A stretch of DNA of 32,000 nucleotides from Candidatus Heimdallarchaeota archaeon B3_Heim (GTDB lineage Archaea > Asgardarchaeota > Heimdallarchaeia > Hodarchaeales > Hodarchaeaceae), in contig NJBF01000036.1 of the NCBI GenBank assembly GCA_003144275.1, positions 8,570 to 40,569 on the forward strand, written 5' to 3'. Below, piece by piece: positions 1 to 8,472 of this stretch. How positions within the stretch are numbered: position 1 is the stretch's first letter; each line of letters begins with the position of its first letter. The notes below the pieces were generated by a model that was not told where the DNA came from, ran no database searches, and saw nothing but the letters and a program-made list of their open reading frames with translations. Made by a program: the position numbers and the translations under genes.

Positions 1-2
1 AA

Positions 3-245
3 ATCTAGGACTTGAGACCGTCCATAGAATCTTGTTAGTGGGATATCGGTAATGCTTTCTCCTTTGTTCAAAAAATGCAAAGGACTATCAAGATGACTCC
101 CAGTATGGACTCCCATTTGTACTTCTGAGAGGTTCAAACTATCTCCTTTTGAGATGTCTAGCACAGAAGTCAGTTTAAATTGAGGGTCACCTGGATAAAC
201 TATCATATTTTGTTCCATTGCAAGAGAAATATCAATGATTTTCAT
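3..245 (-). CDS. Cyclase family protein (kynurenine formamidase KynB-like), 5' part only; runs off the window edge
   Basis: Not in the ORF track. Manual translation gives MKIIDISLAMEQNMIVYPGDP...MGVHTGSHLDSPLHF, matching the HxG[T/S]HxDxPxH metal-binding motif. AGGTGG SD lies just upstream of the ATG. Confidence 0.85.
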   Translation of the reverse strand, partial: MKIIDISLAMEQNMIVYPGDPQFKLTSVLDISKGDSLNLSEVQMGVHTGSHLDSPLHFLNKGESITDIPLTRFYGRSQVLD

Positions 246-458
246 TGGTCCACCTTAGAGATATTTTTGATTCATATTGGGCTTGAATTGAATACATTCT
301 TATTCATATCAACGAAATTTTCGAAATATCAGAAATCTTTTCGATTTTATTACGATTAGGTATTTCTTAATATACTCAATTGGAGTTTTAAATGCCTTAA
401 GAAGTCTAAAATGCATGACGAAAAATATTTCACGTCAAGAACGTGGAGGATGTTTATA

Positions 459-1577
459 GTGAAAGCAATAGCTGTTATACCAAAAAAGAAAGGGAGTTTA
501 CAATTAATTGACCAAGATAAACCATCTATCGATCAAATACAAGATCATCGAGGAGTATTAATTAGAGTACTACAATGTGGGGTAGATGGGACAGACAAGG
601 AGATCGTTGAGGCTAACTACGGAAATCCCCCTTTAGGAGATGATCATTTAATTTTAGGTCACGAATGCCTTGGAATTGTGGAAAAAGTAGACCAAAATGT
701 GACTGAACTTAATCCCGGTGACTTTGTTGTCCCCACTGTCAGGAGAGCGTGTGGAAATACTATTTATGATACAATTGGCACTTCTGACGTGACTACTGCT
801 GACACTTACTGCGAACACGGTATCAATTTACTTCATGGATTTTTAACAGAATATTTCATCGATCAACCAGAAAATTTAGTGCGAATTCCAAGTAATCTCA
901 AAGAAGTGGCTGTGCTTCTTGAACCAACAAGTATTGTTGAAAAAGGTATTATGCACGCTGTTGAGATCCAACGCCGATTGAAAATCTGGAGACCTAAACG
1001 AGCTGCTGTTCTTGGAGCTGGGCCAATTGGGATATTAGCAGCACTAATGTTGAGGTTAAGAGGAATTGAAACTTACGTTATTTCTCGTACTCAAGCTCCC
1101 TATTTAAATTCTGATTTAGTAGAGGAAATTGAGGCCAAGTATATTAGCACAAAAGATATTTCTTTTAAAGATGCAGCAGACAAATTTGGCCCCTTTGACA
1201 TAATTTTTGAAGCAACTGGTTTTTCACCACTAGTTTTTGAAGCTATGGAACTTTTAGGCAAGAATGGGATCCTTATACTTTCTAGTATTACTGCTAATGA
1301 TCGAAAAGTTGAAATTTCTGCTGATAAAATCAATTTAGACTTCGTTTTAGGTAATAAGGTTTGTTTTGGAACAGTAAATGCTAACAGGGAACATTTTGAA
1401 CAAGGAGTCAGGGATTTATCCCAAGCCCTCCTTCAATATCCAAACTGGCTTTCAAAACTTCTTACTCATCCAATTAAGGGATTAGATCAATATGAAGGAT
1501 TAGTAAAAACTCTTTGTGGCCCTTCAAAGGGAGTCATTAAATTATTTTGTGAGGTTAGCCCTTTTCCTGAACAGTAG
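459..1577 (+). CDS. gdh: Zn-dependent glucose 1-dehydrogenase (MDR superfamily)
   Basis: CGVDGTD and GHE catalytic-Zn motifs, GAGPIG Rossmann motif, FGTVNA near the C-terminus. The structural-Zn four-Cys cluster is absent. GGAGGA SD at 445-450 favours a GTG start at 459 over the track start at 411. Confidence 0.8.
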   Translation: MKAIAVIPKKKGSLQLIDQDKPSIDQIQDHRGVLIRVLQCGVDGTDKEIVEANYGNPPLGDDHLILGHECLGIVEKVDQNVTELNPGDFVVPTVRRACGNTIYDTIGTSDVTTADTYCEHGINLLHGFLTEYFIDQPENLVRIPSNLKEVAVLLEPTSIVEKGIMHAVEIQRRLKIWRPKRAAVLGAGPIGILAALMLRLRGIETYVISRTQAPYLNSDLVEEIEAKYISTKDISFKDAADKFGPFDIIFEATGFSPLVFEAMELLGKNGILILSSITANDRKVEISADKINLDFVLGNKVCFGTVNANREHFEQGVRDLSQALLQYPNWLSKLLTHPIKGLDQYEGLVKTLCGPSKGVIKLFCEVSPFPEQ

Positions 1578-1588
1578 TGGTGAGCTCG

Positions 1589-4264
1589 ATGTCAAATCAT
1601 ATTTTAAAAACTGAAGAGGGAAAACGTCTACTGGAAGATCGTGATAAACAAAAACACTGGAAACGTTGGGGACCATATCTCAGTGAACGCCAGTGGGGAA
1701 CCGTTAGAGAAGATTATAGTTCTGACGGAGATGCGTGGGGTTCTTTTCCTTTTGACCATGCACAATCTAGAGCTTATCGTTGGGGAGAAGATGGACTTGG
1801 TGGAATTAGCGACAATCACCAGCGCTTATGTTTTGCCCTAGCTCTTTGGAATGGAAAAGATTCATTACTTAAAGAAAGATTATTTGGCTTAACTAATCCT
1901 CAAGGTAATCATGGTGAGGATGTGAAGGAATATTACTTCTATTTAGACTCTTCTCCCACCCACTCTTATATGAAATTCCTCTATAAATATCCTCAATTAA
2001 AATTTCCATACGAACAACTCGTGTCTGAAAATCAAAAACGTTCGCGTTCAGATCCAGAGTATGAACTTCTTGACACGGTTTTATTTGATGAGAACAAATA
2101 TTTTGATGTTACAGTGGAATATGCGAAATCAAATCCTGAGGATATTCTGATCAAAATTACTATTATCAACCAGGGACCTAAAGAGGCAGAAATATTCCTT
2201 TTACCCTCATTATGGTTTCGTAATACATGGTCTTGGAATGAAACAGATGAGAAGCCATCTTTAATTCAGAAGAACAGGGCCAATTCTATCTCAGAAGTTG
2301 AGGTATCTCATCCTAGCTTAGGAAGACGCTGGTTTTATAGTGAAAATCCAGAAAATCTTTTATTTACGGAAAATGAGACAAATTTTCAACGTTTATACGG
2401 AATTAATAATAATTCTCTTTATACAAAAGACGGCATAAATGACTATATTGTCAACAGTCATCAAGAAGCCATTAATCCTGAAAAACGGGGAACCAAACTC
2501 GCAGTTCTTTATAAACATACTATAAAATCGAAATCTAACTTTGTTGTTCGTTTAAGATTGACTAATCAACTCTTAGACCTTTCAGACCCTACCTCAGTTT
2601 TTGGTCATGGTTTTGAAGAGATTTTTGAACAACGTATGCGAGAAACTGATGATTATTATAATAGTTTTATTCCCACCTCATCAGATGAAGATCTGAAGAA
2701 TATCCAACGACAGGCATTCGCAGGAATGTTATGGACCAAACAATATTATCATTATATTGTCCAAACATGGTTAAAAGGGGATAAAGATTCAAAACCTCCA
2801 CCAGAACGATTTCATGGCCGAAATTCAGATTGGGTTCATCTCTATACAGATGATATATTATCTATGCCTGATAAATGGGAATATCCTTGGTTTGCTAGTT
2901 GGGATACTGCTTTTCACTTGATTCCTTTAGTTATGGTTGATCCAGAATTTGCCAAAAAGCAATTACTTCTCTTAACGAGAGAATGGTATATGCATCCCAA
3001 TGGTCAAATTCCTGCTTATGAATGGAATTTTGAGGATGTTAATCCGCCTGTACATGCGTGGGCAGCATGGAGAATATTCAGAATAGAAACTGAAATGTAT
3101 GGTAAAAAAGACCGCATTTTCCTTGAACGAGTATTTCAAAAATTGTTGCTTAATTTCACGTGGTGGGTCAACAAGAAAGATAGAGATGGGAAAAGTGTGT
3201 TTCAAGGTGGATTTTTAGGATTAGACAATATTGGTGTTTTTGACCGTAGTGGACGACATTTAGAAGAAGATATTCCCTATTCTTCACTTGATCAGGCAGA
3301 TGGAACCGCTTGGATGGGTATGTATTGTCTTAACATGCTTAGAATTTCATTAGAATTAGCTCAGGAAAACCAAGCCTACGAGGACATCGCGAGCAAATTC
3401 TTTGAGCATTTCTTGTACATTGCTAATGCGATGAATGATGTTGGGTTATGGGATGAAGAGGATGGGTTTTACTACGATACTATCCATTTTCCAAATCAGG
3501 AGCATCAGTCATTAAAAGTTCGGTCAATGGTAGGCTTAATTCCTCTTTTTGCTGTAGAATCAATTGACCGATCGCTCATTGAAAACCTTCCTGATTTCAA
3601 AAGAAGAATGGAATGGTTTATTGAAAATCGACCCGATTTAGCTAAGAACGTTATCTGCCAATCTGGTGAATCAAAGCAGCATATCTTTTCACTCGTTAAA
3701 AAGGATCAATTAACACGTATTTTAAAGAGATTACTTGAACAAAATGAATTTCTCAGTCAATATGGTATCCGTGCACTTTCAAAGTATCATCAAGAGTCAC
3801 CTTATGTCTTTCAAGTGGGAAATCATAGTCATAGCGTTTTCTATGAACCTGGTGAATCCAATAGTAGCATGTTTGGTGGAAATTCGAATTGGAGGGGGCC
3901 GATATGGTTTCCTGTGAATTTTCTTATTATTGAGTCTCTAAAAAAGTTCTCACACTACTTCAGAGACAGTATGAAAGTGGAATGCCCCACAGATTCAGGT
4001 AATTTCTTAACACTAAGGGAAGTCTCCCTACAGATTTCCAGTAGACTTAGCAATATTTTTAAAAGAAATAATTCTGGAAAGCGACCTGTTTATGGTCAAA
4101 CAGATAAATTTCAGCTTGATTCAGCGTGGAGGAATTTAATCTTATTCTATGAATATTTTCATGGTGAAGATGGTTCTGGCATAGGTGCAAGTCATCAGAC
4201 GGGATGGACAGGCCTTATAGCCATTCTAATTCAACAACTTAGTGAAAATGAGTTAAAGATGTAG
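1589..4264 (+). CDS. GH63-like (MGH1/YMR196W-type) glucosidase
   Basis: WGPYLSERQWGTVREDYS, YRWGEDG, GNHGEDVKEYYFYLD, MPDKWEYPWFASWD, YEWNFEDVNPPVHAW, GASHQTGWTG motifs. GGTGAG SD precedes ATG 1589. Confidence 0.85.
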   Translation: MSNHILKTEEGKRLLEDRDKQKHWKRWGPYLSERQWGTVREDYSSDGDAWGSFPFDHAQSRAYRWGEDGLGGISDNHQRLCFALALWNGKDSLLKERLFGLTNPQGNHGEDVKEYYFYLDSSPTHSYMKFLYKYPQLKFPYEQLVSENQKRSRSDPEYELLDTVLFDENKYFDVTVEYAKSNPEDILIKITIINQGPKEAEIFLLPSLWFRNTWSWNETDEKPSLIQKNRANSISEVEVSHPSLGRRWFYSENPENLLFTENETNFQRLYGINNNSLYTKDGINDYIVNSHQEAINPEKRGTKLAVLYKHTIKSKSNFVVRLRLTNQLLDLSDPTSVFGHGFEEIFEQRMRETDDYYNSFIPTSSDEDLKNIQRQAFAGMLWTKQYYHYIVQTWLKGDKDSKPPPERFHGRNSDWVHLYTDDILSMPDKWEYPWFASWDTAFHLIPLVMVDPEFAKKQLLLLTREWYMHPNGQIPAYEWNFEDVNPPVHAWAAWRIFRIETEMYGKKDRIFLERVFQKLLLNFTWWVNKKDRDGKSVFQGGFLGLDNIGVFDRSGRHLEEDIPYSSLDQADGTAWMGMYCLNMLRISLELAQENQAYEDIASKFFEHFLYIANAMNDVGLWDEEDGFYYDTIHFPNQEHQSLKVRSMVGLIPLFAVESIDRSLIENLPDFKRRMEWFIENRPDLAKNVICQSGESKQHIFSLVKKDQLTRILKRLLEQNEFLSQYGIRALSKYHQESPYVFQVGNHSHSVFYEPGESNSSMFGGNSNWRGPIWFPVNFLIIESLKKFSHYFRDSMKVECPTDSGNFLTLREVSLQISSRLSNIFKRNNSGKRPVYGQTDKFQLDSAWRNLILFYEYFHGEDGSGIGASHQTGWTGLIAILIQQLSENELKM

Positions 4265-4315
4265 GTGGAAATCCAATAGATTTGTTAGGAGGTTTTACCA
4301 ATCGAACTTAACCAA

Positions 4316-5779
4316 TTGTATGAAATTAATACACGAGTTTGGCTATATTCACTTCAAAAAAAACTCAACAAAGATTTAACTCTGATGACTATCCCAGACG
4401 AACTTTGGACAAGTATTATTGAAAAGGGGTTCGATTGGATTTGGCTTATGGGAGTTTGGGAACATTCATCCCTTCCCCAAGAGGAATTAGCAAAACACCC
4501 CGGATTAACCAAAGAAATAAGCAATTCACTACCCAATTGGAATCCTGTAGATGTGATTGGCTCACCGTATTCAATTATCAAATATGAATTAAATCCACAA
4601 TTAGGCCTCCCTGGAGATTTAAAGTCCCTTAAACAGAAATTGAATGATTTGGGTGCAAAGTTAATGCTTGATTTTGTCCCCAATCACTTTGGGAGTGCTT
4701 CAGAATTAGTTTTAACGAATCCAGAATATTTTATCTCAACAGACAATAGGCCACATTATCAATCACTATTTAAACAGGTAGAAACAGAGAAAGGAATACA
4801 ATGGATAGCTTATGGGAAAGACCCTTACTTTCCTCCATGGACTGATACGTTTCAGCTCAACTATTTCAATGAAAATACACGTGAGTACATGATCACAGTA
4901 TTAAATAAAGTTGTTAGTGAGTGTGATGGTGTGCGATGCGATATGGCTATGCTCTGTCTCAACGATATTATACAACAGACGTGGGGATTTTATCTTGAAC
5001 AAAAGAGGCATTTTGACACCCTTTCTTCAGAATTTTGGCCTGATGCAATAAAGACTATAAAATCTAATTTTCCTGAAATTCGTTTTCTTGCTGAAGTTTA
5101 TTGGAATCTTGGTTGGAAATTACAGCAAATGGGGTTTGATTATACTTATGATAAAGACCTTTATGACCTATTAGAGAATGGATCAACGGAAAAAATCCAA
5201 ACGCATCTTTCCGCTGATAAATCTTATCTCATGAAAAATATGAGATTTATCGAGAATCATGATGAAAGACGAGCTCACAACGTTTTCGGACATGAAAAAT
5301 CAATTGCTGCAGCAATCATTATGGGCACCGTGCCTGGGTTGAGTTTATACCATCAAGGTCAGCTGGAAGGTGAAAAAATCAAAATTCCAGTGCAATTGAG
5401 ACAAAAACAATCAGAAAAATCTGATCCTTTGATTCAAGAAGCTTATGATCGAATTTTGGAATTTACAAATCAAATCAAGTCTCATGATTACCAGTGGGCA
5501 TTATTGTCTACCTCAAACTCTAATATCTTAGCTTGGAAATGGCATGCCCCCAATTCAACCAAATCGTTTCTTGTCGTGGTTAACTACGCATCCTTTCAAT
5601 CTCAAGGAAATGTTTTCCTTCCACTCCATAGTGAATTCAGTAATATTGAGCAATTCGACCTTTATGATATTTTCAATGAGAAAAAATACTCCAGAAAAGG
5701 AGCCGATCTAAAGGAATATGGCCTTTTTGTAGATCTTCAACCTTTTCAAAATCATCTTTTTATTGTCGAACCCAATTAG
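4316..5779 (+). CDS. GH13 alpha-amylase family glycosidase
   Basis: Catalytic triad motifs DGVRCDMAM, AEVYW and ENHDE, plus LDFVPNH. The start codon is uncertain (see findings). Confidence 0.85.
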   Translation: MYEINTRVWLYSLQKKLNKDLTLMTIPDELWTSIIEKGFDWIWLMGVWEHSSLPQEELAKHPGLTKEISNSLPNWNPVDVIGSPYSIIKYELNPQLGLPGDLKSLKQKLNDLGAKLMLDFVPNHFGSASELVLTNPEYFISTDNRPHYQSLFKQVETEKGIQWIAYGKDPYFPPWTDTFQLNYFNENTREYMITVLNKVVSECDGVRCDMAMLCLNDIIQQTWGFYLEQKRHFDTLSSEFWPDAIKTIKSNFPEIRFLAEVYWNLGWKLQQMGFDYTYDKDLYDLLENGSTEKIQTHLSADKSYLMKNMRFIENHDERRAHNVFGHEKSIAAAIIMGTVPGLSLYHQGQLEGEKIKIPVQLRQKQSEKSDPLIQEAYDRILEFTNQIKSHDYQWALLSTSNSNILAWKWHAPNSTKSFLVVVNYASFQSQGNVFLPLHSEFSNIEQFDLYDIFNEKKYSRKGADLKEYGLFVDLQPFQNHLFIVEPN

Positions 5780-5781
5780 TA

Positions 5782-6495
5782 TCAATCAGCCCACGCTAGA
5801 TGAAGATTTAGTGCTATGAGAGCTATTAATGCAATTATTACCTGCGTATGAATCCCTCTGGCGATACGTCTAGCTTTTTTCATCAAAGGGGCCTTTCTCC
5901 ACCAATTTACCCTTATTAATATTCCTGCAATTGCTAAATATGTTCCATAAGATATAGCAATCCACGCGAAAAAGAAATTTGGGCCACTGTGATCTTCAAA
6001 TAGACTAATCAAATGAATAATCACCAACCCACAGAGTATAAGACACCCAATGCAATGTACATTTAATAAAAACCTACGAATCGTGAAGTATATGGAAAGA
6101 CTCGTTTTTTTTGAGTTGTATATCGTTAATTTTTCATCTCCTCCCTCCATCGTTCTATTTTTCTGATATTGATGGTAGCGAACTATCGGTTTTTCTAACG
6201 AATAGACTAGTAGATCTTTAAGGTAGATCCACAATACAAATGGTACAATTAATGACCCTGCAAATGAATTTGCTGTATTTCCGAATGACTTTCCAAGATC
6301 TTTCTCAGTTTCCAAAGAAATATCTAGATTCGTTTTGAGTAGGATGGCGATTAAGGCAAATATCATTACCAATGAAAGAGAGAAGAGGAGCGTTTTTGGA
6401 TATTTAATCTGCTTCCTTATTGCTCTGCTTAGAGTCTTTTTAATTATTCCGTTAAGTTGTCCATTCACCCAAAATCCATCCTTGATCAACTGCAA
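5782..6495 (-). CDS. Integral membrane protein with two His pairs (ferric-reductase/cytochrome b-like TM domain)
   Basis: Several hydrophobic segments; H147/H161 and H216/H232 each lie within a predicted helix. Confidence 0.5.
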   Translation of the reverse strand: MQLIKDGFWVNGQLNGIIKKTLSRAIRKQIKYPKTLLFSLSLVMIFALIAILLKTNLDISLETEKDLGKSFGNTANSFAGSLIVPFVLWIYLKDLLVYSLEKPIVRYHQYQKNRTMEGGDEKLTIYNSKKTSLSIYFTIRRFLLNVHCIGCLILCGLVIIHLISLFEDHSGPNFFFAWIAISYGTYLAIAGILIRVNWWRKAPLMKKARRIARGIHTQVIIALIALIALNLHLAWAD

Positions 6496-6682
6496 TAGAT
6501 ATCGGCCATTTTATTATTTCCTCTAATTGTTCATTTTGTATTAAATGTCTCTCTGACATCTAAATTACTTCTTTGTTCTTTTGTTTATGCACCTCCGAAT
6601 TCCATAACAATGAACGATATCCAAAAGTGTGAGGGTACTTTATCTCTGGTGTAAATAGAGCACTTTTTAATAAATTCGTCAG

Positions 6683-7228
6683 ATGAATTCAATTATGTCA
6701 CAAAATGAATCAAAACAGTGGTTATTACCTAAACGGGCATTTGATGATTGTTTTGGTTGTGCTCCGCACAATACGAAAGGACTGAAGCTTCAATTTTGGT
6801 ATACAGAAAAAGGGTGTATTAGTTACCATAGTATACCTAAAGAGTATTGTGGATTTACGGGATTGGTTCATGGAGGCATAATCGCTACACTTCTAGATGA
6901 AGTAGCTGCCTGGACCATAATAGCACACCTATTTCGAATAGGTATTACTGTCCAAATAACGGTAAAGTATCTGAAACCCATCCCGACAGAAGAAGAGTTA
7001 ATAATTCAAGCGGAGATTCTAGAGCATAACGGGGAAAACGTCACAGTTCTTGCGAGAATCCAGTCTAAAAAAGGACTAATTCTTGCAGAAGCTCAAAGTA
7101 AATGGTTGATTCCGAGTAACACGCTCCTAGAAAAAATCACAGGTTTAAACTCTCAAGAACTAAATCATTTACTAAAGGAAACGATTGAGCCAATTCAAAA
7201 AAAGCAATTAACACATCAGAATGAATAG
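6683..7228 (+). CDS. PaaI-family hotdog-fold thioesterase
   Basis: CFGC..HN..GL.L.F and VHGGIIATLLDE motifs. Confidence 0.85.
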   Translation: MNSIMSQNESKQWLLPKRAFDDCFGCAPHNTKGLKLQFWYTEKGCISYHSIPKEYCGFTGLVHGGIIATLLDEVAAWTIIAHLFRIGITVQITVKYLKPIPTEEELIIQAEILEHNGENVTVLARIQSKKGLILAEAQSKWLIPSNTLLEKITGLNSQELNHLLKETIEPIQKKQLTHQNE

Positions 7229-7407
7229 CAATTTGCTCTATAGCAAGAAAGACATAGTTTCTACTAATTTAAATGAAAGATAATGACACTAGTTCGAAAT
7301 AAACCAAATTATCACCTGGAAGATCCAATATGGAAAGATCCAATACCTCCTCCTGAGAATTTACCTCAGATTTTGCTTCGATGCTTGATCTCATTGCGTT
7401 AAATAGC

Positions 7408-7686
7408 CTAGGTATGACTAGATTTGTCAGACAACTCTTGAAAAGAGTTCTGGACAGGATGAGTCACACATCCGCTATCCGGCAGATTAGCACCACTAAA
7501 AGGGTTACTATTCATTGGGACTACTTGAAGCGTCCTTACTGCTGATATCCCCAGCGCTAATACCTCTCACGTCTAAAGGGTCATTCTTCTCTTGCCTTTG
7601 ACGGGTAACTCGTCTCACGTAGTTACAAGTGAATAAGACCCAAGAAGTTAGGAATTTTTCTTTTCATCACCTCGCTTGGAAGAGGT
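7408..7686. ncRNA. Candidate structured non-coding RNA or non-autonomous element, family unassigned
   Basis: 85 of 180 bases are G+C (47%) over 7441-7620 versus 17 of 60 (28%) over 7261-7320. Multiple hairpins: 7433-7449, 7457-7473, 7474-7491, nested 7578-7641 and 7669-7686. No long ORF. Confidence 0.45.
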
Positions 7687-7884
7687 TATGGAGGGAGGCT
7701 TTTTATGAATGTAAGAGAGAGGGAGAGGTTAGCGAATACGAGGAATCTCGCTTTGTCGGACAAAAATGATCATGGAGTAAGGAAGAAAAAAATGTACCGG
7801 TTAACGAACTATGACTAAAATGCCTCTTAAAGTACCTTACTTCTAACCTTAATCATATGAATAATCGTTAAGAGACGAATAAAA

Positions 7885-8355
7885 ATGCCAAAAAAGAAAA
7901 GGGGAAGAAAGGCAGCAGTCCCAAAAAAAACAACTGCTGAAAAAACAGTAAAGACGATGCCATTATCAAAGATTTATGATTCAACTTCCATCTACACAAC
8001 CCATCCCATTAGGAATTACGAGATTTCAAAGAAGTTTTATGAAGATATTTTAGAGTTACCAGTTAATCTGGAAATTCCTATGGCGGGATGGTACGAATTC
8101 CAATTACCTGTAAAAGGCGCAATGTTAGGTTTAAGTCAATATCGGGAAGAATCGGGTGAATTCAAACCTGCGAACTCGTTGAATATATCTATTTCTGATG
8201 TAGAAAAGGCCAAAGCCTCACTTGAATCAAAAGGAGTATCAACTTCTGATATTATTGACTATCCTGGTATGGTTTCAATGATTTCCTTCGAAGACCCTGA
8301 TAAGAATAACATCTTTCTTATTGGTCCTCCCAGAGTAAAGAACAGTGAGAAATAA
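7885..8355 (+). CDS. VOC/glyoxalase-bleomycin resistance family protein with basic N-terminal extension
   Basis: SKKFYEDILEL, LNISISDVEKAKASLESKGV and FEDPDKNNIFL match the VOC fold pattern. Confidence 0.8.
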   Translation: MPKKKRGRKAAVPKKTTAEKTVKTMPLSKIYDSTSIYTTHPIRNYEISKKFYEDILELPVNLEIPMAGWYEFQLPVKGAMLGLSQYREESGEFKPANSLNISISDVEKAKASLESKGVSTSDIIDYPGMVSMISFEDPDKNNIFLIGPPRVKNSEK

Positions 8356-8472
8356 ACATTCTCATTTCTCCTTCTGAATAAATTGTTCCATTCATGGATA
8401 TTCCCCCGAGTCTACCTGAATATCTATATTTATGAAATCTCTCAAAAAATGAATACTCAGAGGTAATTCGTT

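Noticed and set aside
313-326. Overlapping palindromes CGAAATTTTCG and TTTCGAAA in the cyclase/gdh divergent promoter
   Set aside because: Short and AT-rich, expected by chance; cannot be tied to a regulator.
7283-7402. 39-aa ORF with an 11-bp direct repeat AAGATCCAATA (7320 and 7335)
   Set aside because: No SD or recognisable domain; two short copies do not make an array.
7500-7560. Group I or group II intron-like words (ATCAGCAG, TAGTCC) on the minus strand
   Set aside because: No GACUA partner for a P7 helix, spacing is too short, and there is no domain V or RT ORF.
7540-7641. TPP-riboswitch resemblance on the minus strand (GGGTC...TGAGA...ACCCGT...GCG..GGGGA)
   Set aside because: The CUGAGA context and the ACCUGAUC/UAAU.CC P4-P5 core are missing, and no thiamine gene lies downstream.
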